A DNA stretch of 64,000 bases from Candidatus Bathyarchaeia archaeon (GCA_050015395.1 JBEKBM010000017.1:1-64000); one strand, 5' to 3'. Positions 29,305-39,641 are shown, counted from the stretch's first letter. The notes: generated from the sequence alone by a model not told the origin. A program made the numbers and translations.

Positions 29305-29429
29305 AGAACATTCACCTTACGAATTAATATGACGCCTTACATTTATAATATTGTCGGATAACTTGATTTGCAACTTAGTATTTTCAAACCAATGAGTTAC
29401 TATAAGCAAAAAAACTTTATACTTTCTAC

Positions 29430-31130
29430 TTATTTTGGCTGGCTTGCCAGTTTAGCTCTAATCTGAGCCAACTGTTCATCAAGTTTTGCCTCGTCAGTTT
29501 CGATTTTGTGGAATAGCGGTTTTGGCTTAGCTATTTTATGCCCAGCCTCAAGCGGTTTTACTGCTTCGTTCCAGTTGCTTTTGTTGACGCTTCCTGGAAG
29601 GTTGAGTGTTTGCCAAAGCTGATCCGCCGTATCAGGCATGAAAGGCGCTGAAACCACCGTTATAGCTTTCACTACTTGGGCGGCAACATAGAATATGGTC
29701 GCTGCTTTTTCCTTGTCAGTTTTCATCAGGTTCCATGGTTCCTTATCGTTAAGGTACTGGTTTCCAATGCGACTTATTCCAATTAGCGTGTTGGCGGCAG
29801 ACTGAAGCCATGAGCTTTCGATTTCTTGGGCTGCAACTCGCACTTTCGCTTTGATTGCCTGCAACACAGCTTCGTCGCTGTTGTCTAGTTTAGTGGGGTT
29901 TGGAATTTCGCCATCAAATTTTGAAGCAATAAAGCTTAAGGTTCGGTGAATAAAGTTGCCGAAGGTGTCGTTTAAGTCAGCGTTGATTTTGTCGATGAAA
30001 GCGCTCCATGTGAAGTTGGTGTCTTTGCTTTCTGGTCTTGTGGCGATTAAAAAGAAGCGCCAGTAATCCACTGGAAACATCTCGAGCGCCTCGTCTATCC
30101 AGATGCCGACGCGTTGGCTTTTTGAGGCTTTTTCTCCTTTGAACTGGAGGAATTCGGTGGCGGAAACGTTCCATGGCAGGTTATAGTCTTCGCCTGAAGC
30201 CAACAGTAAAGCGGGCAGAATTATGGTGTGAAATGGGATGTTATCTTTGCCTACGAAGTAGAGGGTTTTAGCTTGCTTGTTAAACCAGTATTCCCGCCAT
30301 TTTTCTGGTTGCCCCATGCGTTGGCATTGCTCTATGGTTGCTGAAACGTAGCCTAAAACGGCGTCGACCCAAACGTAGATTGTTTTGCCTTCGGCGCCCT
30401 TGAAAGGTGCGGGGATACCCCATTCTACGTCGCGGGTGACGGCTCGTGGTTTTAAGCCTTCTTTTATCCAGTTTAAGCTGAAGTTTTTAACGTTGGCTGG
30501 AAGCTGCTGATTATTCTGCAGATACTCGGTTAAGGGCTCAGCAAATTTGGATAAGTCAATGTACCAGTGACGTGTTGTTTTCACTGTAGGCGTGTTTTTG
30601 CAGATTACACAGTACGGCTCGATTAGCATGGTTGGCTCCAAAAGCCTGCCGCATCGGTCGCATTGGTCTCCGCGGGCTTTTTCGCAACCGCAGTATGGGC
30701 ATTTGCCTTCCACAAACCTGTCGGGCAGGAAGCGCTGGTCATGCAGGCAATAAAGCATCTGAGTTTCTTGCTCGAAAATGTAACCGTTCTTTTGGATTTC
30801 AAGCAAGATTTTCTGGACAAATTCTTTGTGCACCGGACTTTCAGTGCTGGTGTAATTATCAAAGGAAGCATTCCATCTACGAAAAAGTTCGGCTACGCGG
30901 GCGTGGTTTCGGTCAGTTAACGCTTTAGGCGTAATGCCTTGCTTTATCGCTTCTACCTCGATGGGTGTGCCATGCGTATCTGAACCGCTCACCATCAACA
31001 CGTCGTCGCCCTTTAGCCTGTAGTATCTGGCTGTAACGTCGGCTGATAGGACTGAGCCGACAAGGTTTCCTAAGTGGGGCGTGACGTTGATGTATGGCCA
31101 GGCGGATGTAACTAAAACTTTTTCAGGCAA
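29430..31130 (-). CDS. metG: Methionine--tRNA ligase
   Basis: PYIN..HLGN, Zn knuckles, YVWVDA, GKDNIPFH, KASKS. Confidence 0.97.
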   Translation of the reverse strand: MPEKVLVTSAWPYINVTPHLGNLVGSVLSADVTARYYRLKGDDVLMVSGSDTHGTPIEVEAIKQGITPKALTDRNHARVAELFRRWNASFDNYTSTESPVHKEFVQKILLEIQKNGYIFEQETQMLYCLHDQRFLPDRFVEGKCPYCGCEKARGDQCDRCGRLLEPTMLIEPYCVICKNTPTVKTTRHWYIDLSKFAEPLTEYLQNNQQLPANVKNFSLNWIKEGLKPRAVTRDVEWGIPAPFKGAEGKTIYVWVDAVLGYVSATIEQCQRMGQPEKWREYWFNKQAKTLYFVGKDNIPFHTIILPALLLASGEDYNLPWNVSATEFLQFKGEKASKSQRVGIWIDEALEMFPVDYWRFFLIATRPESKDTNFTWSAFIDKINADLNDTFGNFIHRTLSFIASKFDGEIPNPTKLDNSDEAVLQAIKAKVRVAAQEIESSWLQSAANTLIGISRIGNQYLNDKEPWNLMKTDKEKAATIFYVAAQVVKAITVVSAPFMPDTADQLWQTLNLPGSVNKSNWNEAVKPLEAGHKIAKPKPLFHKIETDEAKLDEQLAQIRAKLASQPK

Positions 31131-31283
31131 ATGGCATCTCCAACAAACCGTTTAGTAGCGCCCTTATTTAAAATTACTAGGGCTTAATTATTACCAAATG
31201 AAACATCACAAAGTAAGAGAAAATTTTGGTAAAGGCTTAAATTTTTCAAGTTGCAGTACCCGTAGCTTGAGGTTTCATGCGAT

Positions 31284-31652
31284 TTGCCTTACTGCCGAAT
31301 ATGCGGAACTAAGCTGGAAGAAAACGCACGGTTCTGCCATAAATGCGGGACACCAGTTGCCACTTTTACTCCTGCACCTCCGTCAGCAAGGCCAATGGAG
31401 AAAAACCCATTTCTGGTACCAGTCATTATTTTGATAGCCGTAGTGACCATAGCGGTAATTGTAGGAGTCTTCATTTTTTGGACGTTTTACTCTGTGAATA
31501 TTAATCAAGCAAACGGAGCAAACCAAACAAACGTTAACGAGTTAAGCTTCAATTTTCAAGGTGGAATGGCAAAAGCAAACTTTATAGCCCAAAACTTGAT
31601 GGGTAAAAGCATCCTCATCAATACTTTTGCAAAAGGATTGGCAACATACTAA
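31284..31652 (+). CDS. Zinc-ribbon membrane protein
   Basis: YCRICG..FCHKCG followed by a TM helix. Confidence 0.7.
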   Translation: MPYCRICGTKLEENARFCHKCGTPVATFTPAPPSARPMEKNPFLVPVIILIAVVTIAVIVGVFIFWTFYSVNINQANGANQTNVNELSFNFQGGMAKANFIAQNLMGKSILINTFAKGLATY

Positions 31653-31836
31653 TCCTCAATCGCTCTTAGCGTAAGAAATTAAGCATAAAGTGTTATTTTG
31701 CTCTTGTCTTTTTATGTTTAGTGCAAGTTCTTTTCCCCTGCTTAAATCTATCCGAAATAATCGGAACCTGAGAGCTTCCGTCTATTTGGAGCATTTTTGA
31801 ACATCTAACAATAAAGTCCATGTTAAAAGTAAGCTT

Positions 31837-31975
31837 CTTCAACATGTAAAACAGCTTAATTCATGTAGAAAGTGCGGGCATTAATTCTATGTTGAACTAT
31901 GTTGAATCATATTTGAAGCATATTAGAAGCATCTAGTAGACCGGGTAGGTAGGCTGAGCACACACAAATACCCTA
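31837..31975 (-). repeat. Inverted partial copy of the dispersed intergenic repeat
   Basis: 35-bp core at 31881-31915 identical (reverse complement) to 42470-42504 and 46840-46874. Confidence 0.85.
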
Positions 31976-32058
31976 AGACAAGAGACAAAAGCTAAATACA
32001 TACAGCATAAACATTTTAAATGCAAGTCTCAACTTTAAAATGTAAGAAGTGATTTTTT

Positions 32059-32298
32059 TTGACCGAACTAAAAAAGGTAACCGTGCAAGAACTTGAAGAA
32101 AGTAACGGGAAAAATGGTAAACCAGCCTACTTCGCCTATAAAGGAAAAGTCTATGATGTCTCGGAAAGCGGCTTCTGGCTTGATGGAGACCACTTGGGAA
32201 TGCATCAAGCGGGCAAAGACTTAACTGAAGAATTAGAGATGGCTCCGCATAGGGAAGAAAATTTTCAGAGAGTTAAGCTGGTAGGCGAATTAGTCTAA
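32059..32298 (+). CDS. Cytochrome b5-like heme/steroid-binding protein
   Basis: GKVYDVS..W..G.H..HQAGKDLT..APH. Confidence 0.85.
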   Translation: MTELKKVTVQELEESNGKNGKPAYFAYKGKVYDVSESGFWLDGDHLGMHQAGKDLTEELEMAPHREENFQRVKLVGELV

Positions 32299-32311
32299 GC
32301 ACACAGCGCCA

Positions 32312-33553
32312 CTAAAAGATAAATTGAAGTACAGAGTCAATCCTGCGCAAATCATCCATTATATTTTTTACATCTTTAACGCTTAATGACTCACGCATCT
32401 TGTTCAATCTACGGATTGTTTCGTATAGGCCGTCAAAAACAGTTTTCACGTCTAAATCGTTATTCATGCCATTCTCGAAGACAGAAACGATAGTGCCATT
32501 GACCCCCTCCGTCTCTGTCTCTGTATTGGAATTGTCTGATTTTTGCTCTTGCAGGTCTTTAACCATGCTTTTGAAGGAATCCAGTTTTCGACTAGTTGCA
32601 GCCAACTTTTCAAAGGTAAAGTTTAGTTTTTTCCTGTAGGGTCCATATGTAAGAAAGAACCTTAAATGTTCGCCACTAAAACCTTTCTTTAAAATGTCGC
32701 TTGTGTAATACACGTTGCCAGTGCTTTTAGACATTTTCTTGCCATCAACAAAAAGGTGACCGCCGTGAAGCCAGTAACGCGAGAGCTGTTTACCTGAGAC
32801 GGCTTCTGCAATGGCAATAGTATAATCATGATGCCTGACCAAATTGTCGATTCCGCCGCAAGCAACATCAATTGAGAAGCCAAGATGCTTAGTTACTATT
32901 GCTGCGTCTTGAATGTTCCACGCTGGCCTGCCACTGCCAATCGGCGCCACATAACAAACGGCGTCTTGTTTGCAGCCATCCCAAATAATAAAATCACCCA
33001 TGTTCCATGGTGTGCCATGATAAGTGTCCTTGTGAAAGCGGCGTTTCTTTTTCGGCCACTTGCTCATGTCCAAATGCGCCAGTTTTCCAAAGTCTTTGAA
33101 TTTTAATGGGTCAAAATAAACGTTTTTTGCACCCTTGTACGTGTACCAGTACGCGTAGCCTTTTTCTAACAGTTGAGCAATTAGTTTTGCCGCTTGGTCC
33201 ACAGCTGAGGAAGCCCTTATGGCGTAGTCTGGCGTTTTGATTTTTAGGAGCTTGAAATCTTGGAAGAAGACGTCTTCGTTTTTTCTTGTCAGTTCTTCTA
33301 CGGTGAGATTTTCTTTTTTTGCCTCTGCTATGGCTTTGTCTTCAACATCTGTTAAGGTAATTAGCCGCGTAACATGGTAGCCCAAGTATTCCATGTAGCG
33401 TTGAAGTATGTCTTCAAAGAGGAAAGTGCGGTAGTTTCCAATGTGCGCTTGCTGATATGTCGATGGACCGCAAGTGTACATTTTAACCTGCATGTCTTCT
33501 GCTGGTTTGCATGGCTCGATTTTTCGTGTAAGGGAATTGTATAAATTCAGCAA
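32312..33553 (-). CDS. Cysteinyl-tRNA synthetase paralog with altered amino-acid pocket and no anticodon-binding domain
   Basis: CGP, HIGN and KMSKS retained; WHIEC to WNIQD, HHENE to HHDYT; ends after the DALR-like helical domain. Confidence 0.85.
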   Translation of the reverse strand: MLNLYNSLTRKIEPCKPAEDMQVKMYTCGPSTYQQAHIGNYRTFLFEDILQRYMEYLGYHVTRLITLTDVEDKAIAEAKKENLTVEELTRKNEDVFFQDFKLLKIKTPDYAIRASSAVDQAAKLIAQLLEKGYAYWYTYKGAKNVYFDPLKFKDFGKLAHLDMSKWPKKKRRFHKDTYHGTPWNMGDFIIWDGCKQDAVCYVAPIGSGRPAWNIQDAAIVTKHLGFSIDVACGGIDNLVRHHDYTIAIAEAVSGKQLSRYWLHGGHLFVDGKKMSKSTGNVYYTSDILKKGFSGEHLRFFLTYGPYRKKLNFTFEKLAATSRKLDSFKSMVKDLQEQKSDNSNTETETEGVNGTIVSVFENGMNNDLDVKTVFDGLYETIRRLNKMRESLSVKDVKNIMDDLRRIDSVLQFIF

Positions 33554-33571
33554 TTAGCAAGGCTTCTCCAC

Positions 33572-34048
33572 TTAAACGGTGACTTGCTGCTCTTTTTCCA
33601 GATCCTTCAGCGTGTTTTTTGCTTCTTCAACATGCCGTTGAGTTTGGGTTTGGGAAGAGAAAATGTGCCTGACAACACCTTGCTTATCAATTATGTAGGT
33701 GACTCGTCCTGGAAGTATGCCCATTGTTGAGGGAACACCGTACAGTTTGCGAATCTTGTTATCTTCGTCGCTTAGCAGTATGAAGGGTAAGCCATAATGA
33801 GTTGCAAAAGACTTATGGGACTCCACACTTTGCCCACTTACGCCGAGTACTTCAGCACCCAAATTTGTTAGTTCTTCGTAGCTATCTCTGAAACTGCATG
33901 CTTCCCTTGTGCAGCCGGCTGTTTCATCTTTGGGATAAAAGTATAAGACTACGTTCTTTTTGCCGAAGAATTCTGAAAGAGTCACATTGTCCCCCATTTG
34001 CGAGGGAAGCGTAAAATCTGGCGCTTTATCGCCAACTTTAACAGACAA
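33572..34048 (-). CDS. bcp: Peroxiredoxin (BCP/PrxQ)
   Basis: FYPKDETAGCTREAC. Confidence 0.93.
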   Translation of the reverse strand: MSVKVGDKAPDFTLPSQMGDNVTLSEFFGKKNVVLYFYPKDETAGCTREACSFRDSYEELTNLGAEVLGVSGQSVESHKSFATHYGLPFILLSDEDNKIRKLYGVPSTMGILPGRVTYIIDKQGVVRHIFSSQTQTQRHVEEAKNTLKDLEKEQQVTV

Positions 34049-34148
34049 AAAATCACCAATTAATGAAACATTAGAGGGCTATTATTCTTTTCGCATATCC
34101 GTTAGTAAGCAGTCAAATGTTATAAGAAGCGAAAACTTAGTAGAAGTT

Positions 34149-34754
34149 ATGGAAAAAACATTATCCGCCGCTGGTCATAAATGTCAGGCTTTATACTTCG
34201 CTCCGCCAGGCGTTCCGATTGTTTTTCTGCATGGATTATCTTATACAATAGATATTTGGCATCGCATTGGAGTAACAGAACTATTAATTGAGAAGCGGGT
34301 GCCGTTTTTAGCTTTAGATATGCCTTACGGTTTGAGAAGCCAGTGCCAACCTAAAACCAGAAACCCCGAAGCTAACGTGGTAGTTGCGGCTGAGGCTGTC
34401 AAGAATGTGTTCGGTTCAGCGGTGCCTGTTCTTGTCGGCGCCAGCATAGGTGGAAACATAGCATTAAGGTATGCCACTCGGTTTCCAGTAAAAGGCTTAC
34501 TTTTGATTGCGCCTGCCAGAGCACTGGACAAAGATTTATTGAAGCTTTATGGCAAGTTTAATTTTCCAGTTAAGATAATTTGGGGTTCACAAGACAATTT
34601 CATTTCAGGGGAAGAAATGAGAACCCTATCGGATAAACTGCCTAACGCTAAACTTTTAGTCTATAATGGAGCCTCTCATTCAGCATACAGAGATCAGCCT
34701 GAACTGTTCAAACGAGACCTGCTGGAACTTTACGCTACTGCTGAGCAAACATGA
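34149..34754 (+). CDS. Alpha/beta hydrolase (ABHD14-like)
   Basis: FLHG, GASIGG, WGSQD, SH. Confidence 0.85.
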   Translation: MEKTLSAAGHKCQALYFAPPGVPIVFLHGLSYTIDIWHRIGVTELLIEKRVPFLALDMPYGLRSQCQPKTRNPEANVVVAAEAVKNVFGSAVPVLVGASIGGNIALRYATRFPVKGLLLIAPARALDKDLLKLYGKFNFPVKIIWGSQDNFISGEEMRTLSDKLPNAKLLVYNGASHSAYRDQPELFKRDLLELYATAEQT

Positions 34755-34759
34755 TTTTA

Positions 34760-35320
34760 CTAAGGCAAAGGTTTTGCGGTAACAACGTAATGGTAGCTTC
34801 CAACATCTTTAACGCCTTCAATTTGGAAGCCTGCCTTTTTGATTAAGCTTGATGCATGCTCTTCGCTGAATCTAATTTTGACTGGCGGTCCAAAAGGCAT
34901 GTCTTGTTTTTTCCAATCCAAATCAACTAGCAGACCAGTAGGTTTTGTCATCTGTTTCGCGTTTTGTAGCACTTTGGCTGGATCAGCGAAATCGTGAAGC
35001 ACCATGCTATAGAAAACAAAATCAGCGCATTTGCTGCAGAAAACCGTTTCTTCAGCCGCGTCAATCTTGGCAATAATATTTTCCAAGCCTTCTGTTTTGG
35101 CTTTGCAGTTTAGTTTTTCAATTGCTGAAGCGTCTGAGTCCACGGCGTAGACTTTCCCTTTTCCACCTACCTTTTTGGCTGCTAAAATGCTGAAGAAGCC
35201 GTCCCCGCAGCCTATGTCTATGAACGTCATGCCCAAGTGTAAGTCTTGCAGGATAGCCTCTGGAGTATACCATGAGCGTCTAGTTGCTTCGTCAAGGGCG
35301 AAACCGCCGTGGCAGACCAT
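34760..35320 (-). CDS. Class I SAM-dependent methyltransferase
   Basis: DIGCGDG, VYAVD, DWKK..GPP. Confidence 0.9.
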   Translation of the reverse strand: MVCHGGFALDEATRRSWYTPEAILQDLHLGMTFIDIGCGDGFFSILAAKKVGGKGKVYAVDSDASAIEKLNCKAKTEGLENIIAKIDAAEETVFCSKCADFVFYSMVLHDFADPAKVLQNAKQMTKPTGLLVDLDWKKQDMPFGPPVKIRFSEEHASSLIKKAGFQIEGVKDVGSYHYVVTAKPLP

Positions 35321-35337
35321 AATAGAAGACCGCTACG

Positions 35338-35634
35338 TTATGGCTGAAGGAGTACTCTTATTTGTTTCTCATGCGTTTGCCTTGTCGTTAGCGGGTAGAT
35401 TTCGCGGTCGCATTCAAAAAACAAGGGGTCTTGACCTATGATTTTTGAGAGTTTCTCGTCTGAATCAACGTTCACTATCAACATGCTGCCCTGCTGCCCG
35501 ATAAGGTGATAGTATACTTCAAGCGTCTTCTCTTTCTCCAAGTTATCGAAGTACTTGAATTGCAGTGGAAGCAGTTTAGCCCATTTCTCGATGGTAACCT
35601 CACGTTTTACTTTTTGTATGATTAAAAACTTCAT
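35338..35634 (-). CDS. Muconolactone isomerase-like (dimeric alpha-beta barrel) protein
   Basis: MKFL..G..G..IVNVDS..L..P..IYPL pattern. Confidence 0.6.
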   Translation of the reverse strand: MKFLIIQKVKREVTIEKWAKLLPLQFKYFDNLEKEKTLEVYYHLIGQQGSMLIVNVDSDEKLSKIIGQDPLFFECDREIYPLTTRQTHEKQIRVLLQP

Positions 35635-35884
35635 GTTCATCCTTAAAGAACAGTGCATGTTTGGGTATAAAATCTTTCTTTAAAACACAAAAAGAGTAAA
35701 AGCGTTTTAGAAAATCGATCATTCTTAGCGCGAAGCAAGCCAAAAATGAAATCGCTTACTTGTTTTTTTATGAATATTGTATTTTATGCTAGATTTCCCG
35801 GATTAAAATATTCAGATTTAGAAATAAACCTTTATAGATCCGACCTATGGTACGTGGAATGCTCTTTGGGAAGGTTGAAGCTGG

Positions 35885-36124
35885 TTGGATGTTAATGTTT
35901 CCAAGAAGAATCCAAATGGTAACGCTGGGTTGCCTGTAATTAAATGTTCTTGTGGGGCTGAAATTTTGTTATTTCCCAACGTTAAGCTTATGAGCGAAGC
36001 GATTGAAGCCCACGTTGAGGAGCACAAGCAAAAAGTGAAGGATCCTAAGGAAGCTGAAGCAGAAGCAGAATGCATACGCGACGATTTGATAGTGAAGGTG
36101 CTGGATAAAGCAAGCAAAGCATAG
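35885..36124 (+). CDS. Small putative Zn-binding protein
   Basis: CSCG..H...H. Confidence 0.6.
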   Translation: MDVNVSKKNPNGNAGLPVIKCSCGAEILLFPNVKLMSEAIEAHVEEHKQKVKDPKEAEAEAECIRDDLIVKVLDKASKA

Positions 36125-36231
36125 GGTTTTCGCTTTTTTGATGAGCAGATGAGAAAGTTATATTGATATTGATGAAAAAACGTTTTTCTTAAAAAATAAG
36201 AAAAAGATCGGCCATTTCAAGTTCGGAGCGT

Positions 36232-36387
36232 TTACTCTTTCTTTTCTCCGCCGTGCCCCTTCCACATTTCCTGCATCCTCATAGGCATCTTAGACATCGC
36301 ATCTTTAGCTAAATCCATCAACTCCTCGTTTACTTCAACCTCTAATGTTACTTTCAATTTGCCTTTCTTTTCTGCTATTTCAGTCAT
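36232..36387 (-). CDS. Small hypothetical protein, 51 aa (MTEIAEKKGKLKVTLEVEVNEELM...), not in ORF track
   Basis: AGGAGGTG SD; start overlaps the end of the upstream ORF. Confidence 0.7.
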   Translation of the reverse strand: MTEIAEKKGKLKVTLEVEVNEELMDLAKDAMSKMPMRMQEMWKGHGGEKKE

Positions 36388-36682
36388 GGAACCACCTCCT
36401 GAATCGGCTTAATTGTTTGGGGAATAAGTTAACGAAAAGATGAATCGCCTGAATACCAGTTAAATCCAAATCAACTTCAATACGGTAATGGAACTTTCCT
36501 AAGCGTTTAGTTTTAGTTTTGTAATTTCCAATTGCGCCCGCTTCCTTGAACCTGTGCAGCTGTTGATTCATCAATATAGTTATGGCTGTCGGCGCCAGAG
36601 GTTCAAAAACAAAAATAACTCTTAAAAGTACACGAACAGCAATTCCGATAAGTGATTCAGATACGGACTCTTCCTCAGTCAT
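36380..36682 (-). CDS. Hypothetical protein
   Basis: 100-aa ORF coupled to the 51-aa gene. Confidence 0.65.
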   Translation of the reverse strand: MTEEESVSESLIGIAVRVLLRVIFVFEPLAPTAITILMNQQLHRFKEAGAIGNYKTKTKRLGKFHYRIEVDLDLTGIQAIHLFVNLFPKQLSRFRRWFHD

Positions 36683-36815
36683 TTTTCATCCTTCGAAAAC
36701 ATTAAAATTCCTATTCGCTCCCATTAGAAAGAAGCAAGAACTTAATTATAAACTAACGGGCGCGATTTTTTTAAGGTTGTGTGACTGTCATAACCCAACA
36801 ACAAGGCGACTTATT

Positions 36816-37325
36816 TTGGCGCTTGAAGATTTAAATTGGCAAATTTACTGTTGCAGAAATTGCAGGCTTTGGCAAGGAGCAAAACATGGTGTACCCGGCG
36901 AAGGACCATTAAATGCTAAGGTCATGCTGGTAGGGCAGAACCCGGGAGCTGACGAGGACGAAACTGGCAGGCCTTTTGTTGGGAGAGCAGGAAAATTCCT
37001 AACTAAAGTGCTAGCTGAGAATGGCATAAAACGTGAAGACGTCTTCATAACCAACATTGTCAAGCATATTTCTCCACAGAACAGAAAACCCTATCCCGAC
37101 GAGGTAGCGGCATGCTTACCCTACTTAAACACACAAATAAGCGTTATCAAACCAAAAATAATCGTACTGCTTGGTGCATCGGCAAAAGATACCCCACGGT
37201 TAGAGGGCATAGAATACATGCAAGTTATTCATCCTTCAGCAGCCATGCGTTTCAACAACATGAGAGACAAGTTCAGAGAACAAGTCGCTGAATTAGCAGA
37301 ACGAGTGGCAGCAATTAGCAATTAA
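36816..37325 (+). CDS. udg: Uracil-DNA glycosylase family 4
   Basis: C..C.L, GQNPG, GRPFVGRAG, TNIVK, HPS. Confidence 0.9.
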   Translation: MALEDLNWQIYCCRNCRLWQGAKHGVPGEGPLNAKVMLVGQNPGADEDETGRPFVGRAGKFLTKVLAENGIKREDVFITNIVKHISPQNRKPYPDEVAACLPYLNTQISVIKPKIIVLLGASAKDTPRLEGIEYMQVIHPSAAMRFNNMRDKFREQVAELAERVAAISN

Positions 37326-37448
37326 TACTTGAAAATTCCTCACAACCATAGCGATAAAAATATTCTAAAAACCATAGCAACTAAGAATAAAACTGCTTTC
37401 AATTTGAAACTTTTATATATTGCAGATGCTAATTCACTGTTGAGTGTC

Positions 37449-37757
37449 ATGGCTGAAGTTTGTTCAACATGCGGGCTTCCAAAGGACTTATGCGTTTGTG
37501 GAGAAATAGAGAAAGAGCAACAGAGAATTCGCATTAGGCTTGAAACTAGAAAATTTGGCAGACCAACCACTATAGTTGATGGTATGGACGATAAAAACAT
37601 AAACTTGCCAAGTGTTGCGCAAAAACTAAAAACATATTGTGCATGCGGCGGAACCAGCAAAAACGGGCAAATCATGTTGCAAGGAGACCACCGAGACAGA
37701 ATACGCGACTTCTTAATCAAAATGGGTTACCCCGCAGAAAACATCGAAGTCCAATAA
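37449..37757 (+). CDS. Translation initiation factor SUI1 (aIF1)
   Basis: CSTCGLPKDLCVC, CACGGT, LQGDHR. Confidence 0.95.
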   Translation: MAEVCSTCGLPKDLCVCGEIEKEQQRIRIRLETRKFGRPTTIVDGMDDKNINLPSVAQKLKTYCACGGTSKNGQIMLQGDHRDRIRDFLIKMGYPAENIEVQ

Positions 37758-37784
37758 AGCGCAAAGTCGGAGCAGTGGTGCAAA

Positions 37785-38003
37785 TTGACGAAAAAAGTAG
37801 ACGGCATTCGCGAAGTATTCAAATCGATCAAGCATCGAAAACGAACGCAGATTTATTGTCCGAGATGTTGTAGCCCAAAGTTAAAGCTGACAAGCAGTCT
37901 AGCTGTTTGGTTAACGGGTGAACAATATTACTGTGAAGACTGTGGTTACATTGGAGCCGTAGTTATGGAGCTTGAAGAAGAAAAAGAAGAAACTGATGCT
38001 TGA
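37785..38003 (+). CDS. Small zinc-ribbon protein
   Basis: CPRC..YYCEDCGYIG. Confidence 0.7.
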   Translation: MTKKVDGIREVFKSIKHRKRTQIYCPRCCSPKLKLTSSLAVWLTGEQYYCEDCGYIGAVVMELEEEKEETDA

Positions 38004-38019
38004 TTGAAAGAAAAAGGGT

Positions 38020-38958
38020 TTAATCGGGCAACTCAAGATTCAATTGTTTCTTAAGTGTCTTGTAGCGGTTGCGTACGGTTACTTCAGTTACGCCAGCAGC
38101 TTCAGCGATGTCTTTTTGAGTCTTTTTCTCGTTGTTCTGCAAGCAAGCAATGTAGAGGGCAGCAGCAGCTAAACCCATCGGGTCTTTTCCAGCAGCAGCA
38201 CGTTTGCGTCTTGCGTCTCTGAGAATTTGGATGGCTGCACCCTGGGTCTTGCCTGAAATTCCAGTTTTCTCTGCAATTTTAGACACGTAAGTGAGTGGGT
38301 TAGCGATAGGCATGCGAACATCAAGCTCACGCAGCAATAGTCTGTAGCATCTTGCGACGTCTTTCTTATCGACGAGACTAGCTTCAGCTATTTCCCGCAG
38401 TGTACGTGGTGTTCCGCTTCCGCGGCAAGCAGCATAAAGCGCGGCAGCAGCGATAGCGGCGATTGATCTTCCTCGAACAAGGCCTTTGTCTAAGGCTTTT
38501 CGGTAAATTACAGCGGCTTTTTCTTTGATTGGTGGTGGAATGTAGACTTTGTCGGAGAGACGATCAAGTTCTGCCATGGCTTGAGCTAGGTTTCGGTCGA
38601 CGGATGAGTGCACTCGGCTGCGTATTTGCCATTTCCTAAGGCGCCACATTTGCAGCCTTGTGGATAGGGGCAGTTTTCTTCCAAAGGCATCTCGGTCGAC
38701 TTGGCTAATGGCTGTGGATAAGCCTTTGTCATGAACAGAGTAGGATGTGGGGACTCCAACTCGGCTTCTTGACGCTTTCTCCTCTTGGGTAAATGCGCGC
38801 CATTCTGGTCCTTTATCCATCATTTGTTCGTACAGGACTAAGCCGCAGTCGCCGCACACGGTTTCTCCGGTGTCGTAATCGTGAACTAGGTTTTCGCTAC
38901 CGCACTCTGCGCACTTGTCAGACAAGCGCGTTTGTGTTTTAGTTTCTTTTTTGCTCAT
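38020..38958 (-). CDS. tfb: Transcription initiation factor IIB
   Basis: Zn ribbon, GPEWRAF B-reader, two cyclin repeats, VTEVTVRNRY. Confidence 0.98.
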   Translation of the reverse strand: MSKKETKTQTRLSDKCAECGSENLVHDYDTGETVCGDCGLVLYEQMMDKGPEWRAFTQEEKASRSRVGVPTSYSVHDKGLSTAISQVDRDAFGRKLPLSTRLQMWRLRKWQIRSRVHSSVDRNLAQAMAELDRLSDKVYIPPPIKEKAAVIYRKALDKGLVRGRSIAAIAAAALYAACRGSGTPRTLREIAEASLVDKKDVARCYRLLLRELDVRMPIANPLTYVSKIAEKTGISGKTQGAAIQILRDARRKRAAAGKDPMGLAAAALYIACLQNNEKKTQKDIAEAAGVTEVTVRNRYKTLKKQLNLELPD

Positions 38959-39262
38959 TTTTTTGACTCCTTTTCAACATGCGTAGAACCGTCACTATAG
39001 GCCAATCTGGCTAGAAAACAGTACATTCGGCCCGCGCAAACTAAGGAATGGAATGTTAGTTGTATTTAAGCTTTGTGGTCTTAATAAAGCTATTGCACAC
39101 TTTATTTAACAAATTTATGCACTATCGACATCTGGCTGATGGAGATTAGCATAAAAAAAATGTTAATGAAAAACAAAGTGCCAACCCCCATCTCTCATGA
39201 AGAACGCTTATTAGGATAAAAAATGTCCTAAAACTCTAGCGTTAACAAAAAAGAAGACTTGC

Positions 39263-39335
39263 AGCCCGGTGGTGTAGTGGTCAAGCATAGCGGGCTTTGG
39301 ACCCGCCGACGAGAGTTCGAATCTCTCCCGGGCTA
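39263..39335 (+). tRNA. tRNA-Gln(TTG)
   Basis: AGCCCGG/CCGGGCT acceptor stem, loop CTTTGGA, GTTCGAATC T-arm. Confidence 0.95.
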
Positions 39336-39641
39336 CGTTAAACCCTGGTCAGTTCGACTTTCAAACTCTCGGGTAATCATTGAAAACCTACCCAGCTTCT
39401 GGGGGTGAGCCCATAGAGACCCAAACCAATTCCAGACCGTGTGAAAACTCAAGTTTAGTTTTGGAAATTGCGTCTTATATGTCGAAAACACGTCCCTAAG
39501 CCCTACCACTTCGCCATAAACTTAGCAATTTTATAAAATTAAAATTAGTTTTCACACAGTCTCATTCAGGTTCGCATCTCCACAAAATTGGGGTTAGCAC
39601 CGAGATTTACCCGGTGCATGAATAGCCGCGGATGCCAGCGG

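Noticed and set aside
29430-31130. MetRS lacking the C-terminal tRNA-binding domain
   Set aside because: Short MetRS forms are common in archaea.
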